Origin: Methanocaldococcus sp. 28A | GTDB taxonomy: Archaea > AGJL01 > Methanococci > Methanococcales > Methanocaldococcaceae | Assembly: GCA_049852185.1 (NCBI GenBank) | Contig: CP187540.1 | DNA: 64,000 nt | Strand: one strand, 5' to 3' | Shown: positions 23,205 to 33,208 of the stretch, one piece after another | Position numbering within the stretch: the stretch's first letter is position 1 | Layout of the letters: every line of letters starts with the position of its first letter | Made by a program: the position numbers and the translations under genes | Notes under the pieces: model-generated | What the model was told of the DNA's origin: nothing | Databases searched by the model: none | Seen by the model: only the letters and a program-made list of their open reading frames with translations

Positions 23205-23824
23205 TCACCATATTCATTGCACCATTTGCATTTTTCATAACCGAGAGCTTTTGCATCTTCCTCAGAATAAAAGTATATTATATTTTCTTCTTTTAATCTT
23301 TTTCCATAGGGGCAGTTTTTTGATGTGTGATATTTTTTACCATATATTGATGCGTATATATTAGTTGGTGTTGGAGATAAATAGATATCTCTCTCAAAAT
23401 TTTTCTTTTCTATTAGTTTAAAATTATTAATATCATTTAAAATTATCTCATATTTCCCTTGATAAATTGAGATTTTTCCTTTAACTTCAACATAGTCCCC
23501 TTCTTTAATCATTGGATTATAGCTTAATATATAGTTTAAAAGCTCTTCCCTTGTTTTTCCAAAAGCAACAACATCTAAATTTCCAGTACCATCGTTTATA
23601 ACAATTCTTGAAATGTTAATGGGATGCCTATATTTATCTCTCTTTAGGTTCATCTCTTGAATATATCCTTTTATAACAACATAGTCTCCTTCTTTTATCT
23701 CAGCTATATGTTTTTCTTTTGGTTGTATGGGATTTAAAAATATCCACGTAGTAGAGATAATTATAAAACAAGTTAAAGAAAACAGTATGATATTTTTCTC
23801 ATTTAATTTCATTTTAAACACCAT
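23201..23824 (-). CDS. Membrane-anchored OB-fold protein with Ada-like metal-binding C-terminus
   Basis: N-terminal hydrophobic helix, INDGTG OB fold, KYH...CP...A...GY..CKWC. Confidence 0.7.
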   Translation of the reverse strand: MVFKMKLNEKNIILFSLTCFIIISTTWIFLNPIQPKEKHIAEIKEGDYVVIKGYIQEMNLKRDKYRHPINISRIVINDGTGNLDVVAFGKTREELLNYILSYNPMIKEGDYVEVKGKISIYQGKYEIILNDINNFKLIEKKNFERDIYLSPTPTNIYASIYGKKYHTSKNCPYGKRLKEENIIYFYSEEDAKALGYEKCKWCNEYGE

Positions 23825-24166
23825 AATTATCCTTATAAAATCCTTTTTATAGCGTTCCAAACTAAATAACTCTGTGGCTTTAAAAAGCTTTAAATTGGAT
23901 TTAAGAATAATATATTCTTTTTAATTAAAAACTCTTTATTATATTCGTCAATTTTATACTCATTAACAATATATTCTTTTTTAAATAAAGAAAGTGCATT
24001 TGTAACTTTATTATATTTGTATTTTCTATTTTATTATTCTTCATCTTATCGATTACGCTATAAATGTCTGAAGGTTTCCACCAACATAGTAATATATTTC
24101 CACTTTCTTTTCATTGGATAGCACCTTATTTAAAATATTTTTTGCTAAGAAATCCATAAACTTTAG

Positions 24167-24475
24167 GGGGTTCTCCCAACGTAGTCATTTATAGACAAAG
24201 ATAGACATTTAGGAAATTTTAATTAGATATTTTCCATTATAATTGACTTTATAGACCATCAGAGGGAAATCTGCGATTTGAACAAAATCCGAAGGATTTT
24301 ATAGCTCGAACCTTCGGTTCGATTCCCTTACTGGAAGCTTCGCTTCCACGTTGGGATTGGGCGTCATCAGTTTCCTAATGGAAACCTCTGCCTCTGTCGT
24401 GGACATAAAAACCTTACGGTTTTTAAGTTCTCGTCGCTTCGTTCCGAGATAGCCCCAAAGCCACCCATAATTTCT
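24167..24475 (-). ncRNA. Putative TnpB omegaRNA/right end overlapping the tnpB 3' end
   Basis: GC-rich multi-hairpin region; long-range stem CCCAACGTGG/CTACGTTGGG closed by AGAACCCC; homologous to 30519-30690. Confidence 0.65.
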
Positions 24476-25590
24476 TTAACCATTCTTAAACCTCTTTTAA
24501 AGATATTAAAACAGCCAACCAATTGTCGATTAAAAGAGTTCTTACAATTAGAGCAAAAAACAACCTGTCCTTCTTGGGACTCCATTTTACTCCCGCATAT
24601 AGGACAGGTTGTCGATGTATAAGCAGGATTAACTAAAATCGTTATCGCTTTATAGCTAATTTTTTGTATTATGCTATTCCAATTAGCTCTATCCAACTTT
24701 CGATTAAAATATCTATTTTTATACATCTTTCGTTTATTCAAATCTTCGAAGATAAAGATTACATTAGAGAATAATCGGGATAGTTGAGTAGTTAATTTAT
24801 GTAAAAAGTCATTAACTCTATTCTTCCTTCTTTCGAACAACCTTTTTATCTTTCTCATAACTCTTAAAGGACACTTTTTAATTAACTTTTTAAGCAAATC
24901 GATTTTTCTATCATAAATCTCTTTAATTCTATGCAGTTCTGATATATCTATTCTAATCCAGCCCTCTGTTGGATGGAATAAATCGAGAGATTTTAAGTTG
25001 CTATCCACTCCAACGATTATATCTTTGTCTGAATAAGTTAAATTATCTTTGAAGGTTAAATATGCCTCATTTTCTTTTAGAATAATTTCTCCTATTGGTA
25101 AATCCTTAACTTTATCAAAAAACCATTTATTTTTAATATCTAAAATTAAATATTCTTTTCTTGGTTTTATGGTTATTCTTATTTCTCCTTTATCTTTATT
25201 GTATTTTATTAATGTTGTTTTAACTCTAACAAATAATCTTTTAACTATCGGTTTTGATTTCGTTCTATAACCCTTTTTATAATTCGAAGCCCAACTACCT
25301 AAGATAGAATAGGCAGTTTTAATAATTCCATCTATATATTGAGAAACATAATTCCAATTTTCTAACAGTTTATTTCTTAAATTTCTTTTGAATTCGTTTG
25401 ATTTTGGTAGTTTTGGTTTGTCCTTTTTGGTCCATTCGATATTATTCCAAATTATGTCTATGCATTCGTTTAGTTTGTCTTTGCATTCAATTAAAAAGGT
25501 TTTAAGTGGATAATTATGACTAACCTTGTAAGATAAAACTATCTGATAAAGCAATTCTTGATTGTTTTTTGATTTCGTTTCATTTGGCAT
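24367..25590 (-). CDS. tnpB: TnpB (IS200/IS605/IS607 OrfB family), no adjacent TnpA
   Basis: RuvC-I GVDSN, RuvC-II FEDL, AYTSTTCPICG...CSNC Zn finger, RuvC-III region reads NRQLVGCFNI. Confidence 0.92.
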   Translation of the reverse strand: MPNETKSKNNQELLYQIVLSYKVSHNYPLKTFLIECKDKLNECIDIIWNNIEWTKKDKPKLPKSNEFKRNLRNKLLENWNYVSQYIDGIIKTAYSILGSWASNYKKGYRTKSKPIVKRLFVRVKTTLIKYNKDKGEIRITIKPRKEYLILDIKNKWFFDKVKDLPIGEIILKENEAYLTFKDNLTYSDKDIIVGVDSNLKSLDLFHPTEGWIRIDISELHRIKEIYDRKIDLLKKLIKKCPLRVMRKIKRLFERRKNRVNDFLHKLTTQLSRLFSNVIFIFEDLNKRKMYKNRYFNRKLDRANWNSIIQKISYKAITILVNPAYTSTTCPICGSKMESQEGQVVFCSNCKNSFNRQLVGCFNIFKRGLRMVKEIMGGFGAISERSDENLKTVRFLCPRQRQRFPLGN

Positions 25591-25670
25591 AGTAATCTTT
25601 GGATTTGTTTTTAGATTGTTATATTTTCATATAATATCTTAACGCATATTTAAAGATTTCTCTAAATATT

Positions 25671-26460
25671 AGTGTGTCTAAAATCGAGTAATATTTATAT
25701 ATTAATATAACTACAAAATAAAAAAATATAGTAACGAAAAGATGGAACTCTAAGATATATGATATAAACGAGATATTAGAAGTTTTTTATGAGATTAGGA
25801 TATTAAATTACCCAAAGGATTGAAACCAAGAAAATATACTATCGAAATATTACGTAAAGTTTCTGTTGTTAAGGAGTTTTTAGGAATATCGTTAAGAACG
25901 ATGGAAAACTTGACAGAGATGTTTATTGACCATTCAGTAATCCATTACTGGGAAAAGAAAATTCTTAGGAAGTTATGAAATTTAGATTATGAGAAGACAT
26001 TTATCGACTCAACAAAGTTTTCGAATAAAGCAGGAGAATTGATAAAAATACATGCTATAACTCGTTACGATTCAGAAAATAAAACATTATTTCCAATATC
26101 TATAGGATTAGATAAATCGGACTTAGAGTTTGCTTATGGAGAGGGATATTTTTATAATTATGAGAAATACGATGACAAGGATACTCCAAATAAAATAGTT
26201 AAATTCAACTACAAGCCAATAATAAAGAAAACGAAAAGAGATAATAAGGGCTACGGTGCTAAAATTAAGGATAAAATTCTTCTATAAAAAAGAATATAAT
26301 AAAAGAAGAATATGCGAGGATTTCTTCGGAGCTTTAACCAACAGATTCGGAGATAAATTGAATACTTTCTTAACTTCGACTTCTATTACTCGAATCGCCA
26401 TCTGGGTTTGTGCATATTTTTTAATGAGGTATCGTATGTAAGTCCTATTTTAGACACACT
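25671..26460 (+). mobile_element. Degraded IS5-like DDE element with 14-bp TIRs
   Basis: AGTGTGTCTAAAAT 25671-84 / ATTTTAGACACACT 26447-60; fragments IDHSVIHYWEK, FIDSTKF, YNKRRICEDFFGAL with frameshifts. Confidence 0.8.
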
Positions 26461-26548
26461 CTTCCTGCGAAAGTCCTATTTTAAATTTTTTAAATTGTAA
26501 TTTATATATTCAGATTTACCAGTTAATGTACTTGTAAAAATAAAATAG

Positions 26549-26622
26549 TGGGCTCGGGGAGATTCGAACTCCCGACCACCGCCGTGTCAGGGCGGCATCA
26601 TAGCCATCTAGACCACGAGCCC
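26549..26622 (-). tRNA. tRNA-Val(GAC)
   Basis: GGGCTCG acceptor, CCGCC-CTGACAC-GGCGG anticodon arm, GTTCGAAT T loop; followed by CTA rather than CCA; TTTATATA promoter about 26658-26665. Confidence 0.96.
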
Positions 26623-26680
26623 ACAACGACAAGCGAAATTAAAGTAGGTATAACTCATATATAAACTTTTCGGTTGTGGT

Positions 26681-27701
26681 GAGGTTGTCGAAAAATTGAA
26701 TTAGGAAGAGTATGAAGTATTATATATTAATACAGATAATCTCATTAATATTAATATATTATGTACTATTGCAGCAGCGATATTGCTGTTTCGTCTAATA
26801 TTTAGCAATCTATCGTTTAATTTTAGACGGTTTTTAGTTTCCAGCCCACCAAAAATGGATTCTACGACTCCACGGTATATATATAAATTTTGATTAAACA
26901 TACCTTTGATTCGTTTTCTAACCTTATTGGTTTTATAATCCCATTTAAACTCTTTAGTTTTAACTATGGGGGAGATGTTGTGATTTAGTGAGTATTCGAA
27001 CAGTTCACAGCAATCGTATCCACTATCAGCCAATAGATATTCAATATCTAAAAAATCGATTTGTTTAAGCATTTCTAATAAGTTTGCACTATCGGAACTA
27101 TAATTAGTGCCCCAACGGGCAGCAACTACTGGAATATAGCCATAGTTAGGATAATAGCATGCTAAAATATGCAATTTACCAAACACTCGTCGTTTAGTCC
27201 GTTTTCCTCGATAAATACATTCACTATATAATCTATTTATGGAAACACCCGCGGAGTCAGCGATATATATTTTATTGGTGGGCTGTTTCAGTAAATTGTC
27301 TATAATTACATACGTAAAGGTAAGTAAGGCTGACAAAGAGGTATAATCTATTCGTTTGAATGCTTTACTGGTAGGATATTCGATATGGTCTCTAAGTCTC
27401 TCAAACTAAGTGTGTAGATATGTTTTAATATTTGAACAGCCATATATTCATTATGGGATATAGCTAGAGCTCGACCTACCCTTCGTCTTTCTATCGAGGG
27501 GCGATTTAACTTATTTATAATACGTAAAATAAATATATATGTCTCCACTATGTCGTATTTCTTATATCTAAGGTCGTAAGCTTTCCAATAATCCTTCCGC
27601 TTCTTGAAACTTTTCTTTTTCTCTCTTGTTTTCTTATTTTCTTCCCGCTTCATATTTCGTATTATCTACTATCAGTTAGTTTAATATTTTTCGACAACCT
27701 C
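26681..27701 (-). mobile_element. IS5-like element with perfect 16-bp TIRs, transposase split into two ORFs
   Basis: GAGGTTGTCGAAAAAT / ATTTTTCGACAACCTC; ORFs 27348-27653 and 26701-27336 with ADSAG, LADSGYD, YIYRGVVESIFG DDE motifs. Confidence 0.88.
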
Positions 27702-27708
27702 GTAGTGT

Positions 27709-28418
27709 TGTGGTATCCTGAAATTATTTCGGAATTATAATTCATGAAATTGCCTCCATATTATTAACTATATTTCCAAAATAAACTTCATAAGGAGTTT
27801 TAAAATCGATTACGTAGTAAGCGAGTAATGAAAACCTTAGGTTTTCGTCTAATCTAAAGAACGATGTGGTTTTATTTTATTATGCCAATCGGAGCGTAGT
27901 GAAGAACTATGAAATCACTAATGTGGTTTCATTTAATTTACGAACTCTTCTAAACTATCAAATCTATTTAGTCGATATTCAACCCCTCTATTTATCCGTT
28001 CAACTTTTCCTTTTTAGGTTGTATTTCACCATATTGTTTCAGTATAGTATATATACGATTATTATGCATATTATACCTACATTCGATAAAATGCTCCAAA
28101 TGTCCTGGGCTTGTCCTCTTATATTCTTCGACTGCTTTAAGGACAATATCTATCTCTTCCTGAGTAATTTCTCTTGGCTTTCGACATCTACGCTTTATAT
28201 TTGGGATTTCTCCAGTCTCTCGATATTCTTTCCATATCTGCTGAACTCTACGAGTGGATATTTCCAGCTTCTTAGCAATATCTTTCGTTCTAAATCCCTT
28301 CTCCTTCCATCTAATAATTTTCTTAATCTTTTTATCGTCAAGTTTTACACCGCCCATATTATATATGAGTTATTACTTTTTATTACTTATAGGTGCGAAA
28401 TATTTTTGGGATACAACA
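27709..28418 (-). mobile_element. Internally deleted IS481-like element
   Basis: TGT-starting imperfect TIRs (TGTGGTATCCTGAAATTATTTCG vs TGTTGTATCCCAAAAATATTTCG, 19/23); ORF 27992-28357 has only the HTH (IAKKLEISTRRVQQIW) and no integrase core. Confidence 0.7.
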
Positions 28419-28571
28419 CGACAACCTCTATTTTTTTATGAATAATTATGCACTATTTTTATTTATGAAGATTAACAATTATTCTCCCTATTTTAAAATA
28501 CTTGACTAAAAATATTTTTATATTTTAGATTTCAAAATTTAGTAGTGAGTAAAGAATTTTCAGGTGGTATT

Positions 28572-29249
28572 ATGTTCAAAATCCAAATATTTAGAAAAAT
28601 CTCCCAAACATTCTTTTTTATTAGAGCTTTAATAGTTACAGGTTTTTATTTGAGTATTATAAGCTTTGTTAAAGGATTTATTTTAGGAAAAGGAGCATAT
28701 ACCAACTTAAGGATTGTTGCAGTAATATTAGCACTAATTGCTGGAAGAATATTTTGTGGTTGGATGTGTCCTTTTGGATTCTTATTTGATTTAGTTTATC
28801 AAACAAGAGTAAAAATCTTTAAATTAAAAAAATTACCAACTATGCCAGAACATATACACCACACATTGAAATATTTTAAGTATTTTGTGTTAGTTTTAGT
28901 GATTGTATTAGCCTATGTGTTTGGAACTGATATATTTTTTAATTCATATATCTTAGCTTATTTATTATTGGCTTTATTTTTAGTTTTAGGATTTATTTAT
29001 CCAAGATTTTTCTGTAAATATGTCTGTCCTGTTGGAGCTTTATTAAGTATATTTGCAAAATTTTCAATATTCAGACTAAAACTTAATAAAAATAAATGTA
29101 CAGGTTGTAGATTATGTGAATTTAAATGCCCGATGCAAATAAAAATAGCAAATGTAGAAAATATAAACCAAATGGAGTGTATAAGATGTTTTGAGTGCAT
29201 GAGTGCATGTAGAAAAAAATCAATAACTTTCTCACCTTTCTTTAAATAA
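28572..29249 (+). CDS. Membrane 4Fe-4S protein (NapH/MauN-like)
   Basis: GRIFCGWMCPFG, RFFCKYVCP.G, CTGCRLC...CP, CIRCFECMSAC. Confidence 0.88.
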   Translation: MFKIQIFRKISQTFFFIRALIVTGFYLSIISFVKGFILGKGAYTNLRIVAVILALIAGRIFCGWMCPFGFLFDLVYQTRVKIFKLKKLPTMPEHIHHTLKYFKYFVLVLVIVLAYVFGTDIFFNSYILAYLLLALFLVLGFIYPRFFCKYVCPVGALLSIFAKFSIFRLKLNKNKCTGCRLCEFKCPMQIKIANVENINQMECIRCFECMSACRKKSITFSPFFK

Positions 29250-29261
29250 AATAACTCATTT

Positions 29262-30420
29262 ACTGACAGTGTGAATTAACGATATGAGCTATAAAAGCAA
29301 AAAATAAAAATAGGATGAGGTTAAATAGTTTATTAAAAAAAGGTGATACCAGTATGTTAGCAGCATTTAATGATATACTGGTTGATTCTATAAATAGTTT
29401 TGGGATATGTTCTTCGGAAGAGATAGCGAAGTATGGGGTGACGAGGACATTAATGCCGATAAAGACGATTAAAGGGATATCAGAGAGTGTTTTAGAGATT
29501 GATAGAACGACAGTTATTAAATATCTGCAAGAACTGTCAGAAGATGAGCATTGCCTATATAATCAGTTATTTAACCTTCCCGATATTTTAGATTACGATA
29601 GATACAAATTTGTTGCGATAGTTGATTCAATGTTGGGAAGGAAATTTAGTTGTGGCGTTTATGGATGCACTATTAGATATAATTACATCGAGAGACACTA
29701 TAAACCATACCAAGATGTAATAAATTGCTGTATTTACCATGAAAAAAAAAGGGTTATATGTGATTTACACAATAGTAAAGCCACTCGATAAAACAACCAC
29801 AGAAGTGTATATTGAGATTATCGAGTATCTATCTAAGATAGGTATCAGGACGGTCATAGGAGACGCAGCTGTAACTACAAAGAAAGTTTTAAAGAGATGT
29901 AAGGAATTAGGGATTACTTACATCGGTAGAATTAAGAAAAATTGGAAGACCGAACTTTTCGGTGATACCGAGAAAATAGAAAAATTATTCGAGAAGGATT
30001 TAGATAATAATAAGTTCAAATTAAGGACTATTAATTGAATAAAATATAAATTATCCGAAAAAGTAGTAAATATCCTTCTCGTGGGTAGAGTTAAAATCGT
30101 TGCAGTGTTGATAGATAATCAGAAAAAACCTAAATATTTAATCTCTACAGACGCTAAAAAGAAATCTGAAAACATAATAAAAGAGTATATGAAGAGACCG
30201 AAAATAGAAGAAGTCCATAGAAGATATAAATCAGTTTTAAAAATCGAATGAAATTATTTAATCTCTAAAAAAAGCAATATTGGGTTCGTTAGATTTATAG
30301 CAATTATTCATAATTGTATAGAATATTTAAGCAATAAATACTATATATCATTTTATGAAGTATTTAAAGAATGCAATAAAGAACTAATAAAGAAAGGGCT
30401 ATCGTAATCACACCGTCAGT
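29262..30420 (+). mobile_element. Degraded IS701/IS4-like element
   Basis: TIRs ACTGACAGTGTGA / TCACACCGTCAGT (12/13); fragments AIVDSML, IGDAA, YIGRIKKN, YMKRPKIEEVHRRYK with frameshift and in-frame stops. Confidence 0.78.
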
Positions 30421-30518
30421 GGAGAAAATTAAAATCGATAAAAATATCAGTTGGTACGAACTTAGAAGAAAACTAAATCGATTATCCATGGGCACTACAG
30501 AGATTAGGACTAAAATAA

Positions 30519-30749
30519 GGAGTCTGTCCAACATGGACAATTATATATAAATCCACGTTGGACTTGGGCGTTATCAACCCTCTAGGTTCATTGGCTTAGG
30601 TCTCTGTCCCTGTTATGGACATAAAAACCTTACGGTTTTTAAGTTCTCGTCACTTCGCTCCGAGAGAACCCCGGCTCCTCCCATTGGGTAAATTCGATAA
30701 TAACTGCCCCTCTTGGCCCCTCATTCTCTCCCGCATCTGGGGCAGTTAT
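30519..30749 (-). ncRNA. Stand-alone TnpB omegaRNA-like structured RNA
   Basis: Homologous to the tnpB 3' RNA region; 5' hairpin ATAACTGCCCC/GGGGCAGTTAT; 3' stem GTCCAACGTGGA/TCCATGTTGGAC; no ORF. Confidence 0.65.
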
Positions 30750-30774
30750 GATTTCTATTTCTTATATATGCTCA

Positions 30775-30788
30775 TATATAAACCTTTT
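30775..30788 (-). promoter_or_regulatory. BRE-TATA promoter of the stand-alone RNA
   Basis: AAAAGG-TTTATATA about 26 nt upstream of the 5' hairpin; same form as the tRNA-Val promoter. Confidence 0.7.
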
Positions 30789-30916
30789 AGTAATAAAAAT
30801 CTATAAATGTGTATATTTGTCTATGAAAAATTAATCTGTTTCAAACGGCAATATTTAGTAAAATATATATACTTCCAAAAACAAAACTAATTTAGAAATT
30901 TTTTAGAGGTGTTAAA

Positions 30917-31231
30917 ATGAAAAATGAAGTTTTCTTTGGGGAGGGGATGAAAGTAGTTAAAGAAAAATACCCAGATTTGTATGAAGCTATTGTTAAGTTA
31001 AATGAAGCAGCTTTTACAGGAAAAGTTTTAGATTATAAGACACAAAAATTAATAGCAATAGGGATAGTAGCTTCAAAATGTGATGAAGTAGCAACAGAAA
31101 AGCAGATGAAAAGTGGTATGAAAGAACTCGGCATAACTAAAGAAGAAATTGCAGACGTTTTAAGAGTAGTTTTATTAACAAGTGGAATGCCTGCATTCAC
31201 AAAGGCGATGAAAATTTTGGAAAAACTCTAA
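30917..31231 (+). CDS. Carboxymuconolactone decarboxylase/AhpD-like protein
   Basis: LDYKTQKLIAIGI...C...GITKEEIAD...SGMP. Confidence 0.85.
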   Translation: MKNEVFFGEGMKVVKEKYPDLYEAIVKLNEAAFTGKVLDYKTQKLIAIGIVASKCDEVATEKQMKSGMKELGITKEEIADVLRVVLLTSGMPAFTKAMKILEKL

Positions 31232-31263
31232 ATATTTAAAATTTTATTTTAGAGGGAGAGAAT

Positions 31264-31614
31264 ATGAACTATTTTTGTGGAATAAATAAAATGAAAGAAG
31301 GAAATGATTTTGAAAAGAAGCACACTCCATTTATTGACTGTCCAGATGTTGTTAAAGCAGATGAATATTTTGAAGTCAAAATATCTACTGGAATTCCACA
31401 TCCTATGGAGGATGGGCATTTCATCCAATGGATTGAGGTGTTTATTAATGAGATATACTTAGCAAGAGTTGACTTTACCCAATTCATGAAGCCAGACGTA
31501 AAGTTAATGGTAAAAGCCCCTTCAAAGGGACATGGTAAATTTTCATTAAAAGCTTTGATGAGATGCAACTTACATGGTGTATGGATATATGAAAAAGAGA
31601 TTAAATTAGAATAA
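31264..31614 (+). CDS. sor: Superoxide reductase (neelaredoxin type)
   Basis: EKKH.P, HPM...HFIQWI, CNLHG. Confidence 0.93.
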   Translation: MNYFCGINKMKEGNDFEKKHTPFIDCPDVVKADEYFEVKISTGIPHPMEDGHFIQWIEVFINEIYLARVDFTQFMKPDVKLMVKAPSKGHGKFSLKALMRCNLHGVWIYEKEIKLE

Positions 31615-31628
31615 AATCCTAAGATTTC

Positions 31629-31657
31629 TGACGAATTTAGTAGGATTAATTATAAAT
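31629..31657 (+). promoter_or_regulatory. Possible Ptr2(Lrp)-like site plus TATA upstream of rubredoxin
   Basis: TGACGAATTTAGTAG (10/15 to GGACGATTTTCGTCC) followed by TTATAAAT. Confidence 0.4.
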
Positions 31658-31740
31658 ATGGTTAATAATAAATATCATAATAGCAACATAAAAAAATATT
31701 AAACAAAAAATTAAAAAACCATTAGAATGGGTGAAAATAC

Positions 31741-31899
31741 ATGGCAAAATATCAATGTATGTGTGGTTGGATTTATGATGAAAATGTGGGGGAGCCTTCT
31801 CAAAACATCCCACCAGGAACAAAGTTTGAAGAACTTCCTGACACATTTAAATGCCCACAGTGTGGTTTGGGAAAGAATGCATTTAGAAAGATAGAATAA
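31741..31899 (+). CDS. Rubredoxin (52 aa, missing from ORF track)
   Basis: MAKYQCMCGWIYDE..GEPSQNIPPGTKFEELPDTFKCPQCG; RBS GGTGA. Confidence 0.93.
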   Translation: MAKYQCMCGWIYDENVGEPSQNIPPGTKFEELPDTFKCPQCGLGKNAFRKIE

Positions 31900-31910
31900 G
31901 GGCGATTCAT

Positions 31911-32177
31911 ATGATAACAACAAATCATCCACTATATGAAGCTTTAAAAGACATTCAAGATTTCAAATTAAGATTATTTGAATACTTCAAAGATAAAAAA
32001 GTTTTTCCAATAAAAAATAAAGTTGAATTAGCAGAAGCTTTACCTTGCGGTTTATCACTACCATGTGGAGAAATTGAAGCAGGAGAGTTGGTTAAATTAT
32101 TAACTGACGATGATTTCCCAATAAAAGACCCTGAAGATTTAGCAATGAAATTGGCAAATAAATGCTTAATAAAATAA
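31911..32177 (+). CDS. MTH865-like small protein
   Basis: FPIKN..EL..ALP.G...C......A.EL.KLLT..DFP. Confidence 0.75.
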   Translation: MITTNHPLYEALKDIQDFKLRLFEYFKDKKVFPIKNKVELAEALPCGLSLPCGEIEAGELVKLLTDDDFPIKDPEDLAMKLANKCLIK

Positions 32178-32201
32178 AATCTATAAATTTTTGGTGAAGT
32201 T

Positions 32202-32387
32202 ATGAGTTGGTGGAAATGTTCAAATTGTGGTTATATATTTGAGGCAGAGAAACCTCCCGAAAAATGTCCAAACTGTGGGGAAATTTGCACATTCTATGAC
32301 GTAACCTGCTATACACCAGAATGTGGATGTCAAGGTTATGACCCTAAATTAGTTGCGAGAAGACCAAACGAAGAAAGTAAATTCTAA
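32202..32387 (+). CDS. Small rubredoxin-like metal-binding protein
   Basis: [10 protein letters not shown]...PPEKCPNCG...[13 protein letters not shown]. Confidence 0.8.
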   Translation: MSWWKCSNCGYIFEAEKPPEKCPNCGEICTFYDVTCYTPECGCQGYDPKLVARRPNEESKF

Positions 32388-32471
32388 TTTCATTAATTTT
32401 ATAATTTTATATTTTATTTCATCTTCAAAAAATAAAAAATAAAAAAATAAATAAATGAAGGAGGGATACTT

Positions 32472-33140
32472 ATGTGTGAAGGAAAAATGCCAGTTATTGG
32501 AGAAAAATTCCCAGAAGTAGAAGTTAAAACAACTCATGGGACTATTAAATTACCAGATTATTATGTCGAAAAGGGTAAGTGGTTTGTCTTATTTAGCCAT
32601 CCTGCTGACTTCACACCAGTTTGTACAACAGAGTTTGTAGGATTCCAAAAAAGATACGATGAGTTTAGGAAACTAAATACTGAATTGATTGGGTTAAGTA
32701 TAGACCAAGTATTTAGCCATTTACAATGGCTTCAATGGATTAAAAATAAACTAGGAGTAGAAATTGAATTCCCAATAATTGCTGATGATAGAGGAGAATT
32801 AGCAGAGAAATTAGGAATGATAAGCCCATATAAAGGAAATAATACAGTTAGAGCAGTATTTATTGTAGATAACAAAGGGGTTATTAGAGCTATCATCTAC
32901 TACCCACAAGAAGTCGGTAGAAACTTGGATGAAATTGTTAGATTGGTCAAAGCTCTTCAAATTTCAGATGAGAAAGGGGTAGCAATACCTGCAAACTGGC
33001 CAGAGAATGATATAATAGGAGATAAAGTTATAATTCCTCCTGCATCATCAATAAATGAGTTAAAGCAGAGAAAAGAAGCTTGTGAAAAAGGAGAAATCGA
33101 ATGTTTCAGTTGGTGGTTCTGTTACAAAAAGTTAGAATAG
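32472..33140 (+). CDS. Peroxiredoxin (Prx6/archaeal type)
   Basis: [32 protein letters not shown]. Confidence 0.95.
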   Translation: MCEGKMPVIGEKFPEVEVKTTHGTIKLPDYYVEKGKWFVLFSHPADFTPVCTTEFVGFQKRYDEFRKLNTELIGLSIDQVFSHLQWLQWIKNKLGVEIEFPIIADDRGELAEKLGMISPYKGNNTVRAVFIVDNKGVIRAIIYYPQEVGRNLDEIVRLVKALQISDEKGVAIPANWPENDIIGDKVIIPPASSINELKQRKEACEKGEIECFSWWFCYKKLE

Positions 33141-33208
33141 AATTAATACAATAATTCTATTTTATTTCAATTATTTTGTCCTATAATAATTATTTTGGGG
33201 GGAGGTAC

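Noticed and set aside
26546-26548. CTA instead of CCA after tRNA-Val as an integration scar
   Set aside because: No duplicated tRNA 3' end or integrase in the window; CCA is often added post-transcriptionally in archaea.
30036-30251. In-frame TGA codons as selenocysteine
   Set aside because: They are not at Cys-like positions, and the transposase also has a frameshift, consistent with ordinary decay.
30615-30806. 63-aa ORF
   Set aside because: Lies antisense across the structured RNA; GC-rich hairpins explain the open frame.
31741-31899. CxC instead of CxxC in the first rubredoxin knuckle
   Set aside because: To my recollection the M. jannaschii orthologue has the same spacing, so it is a lineage trait rather than new.
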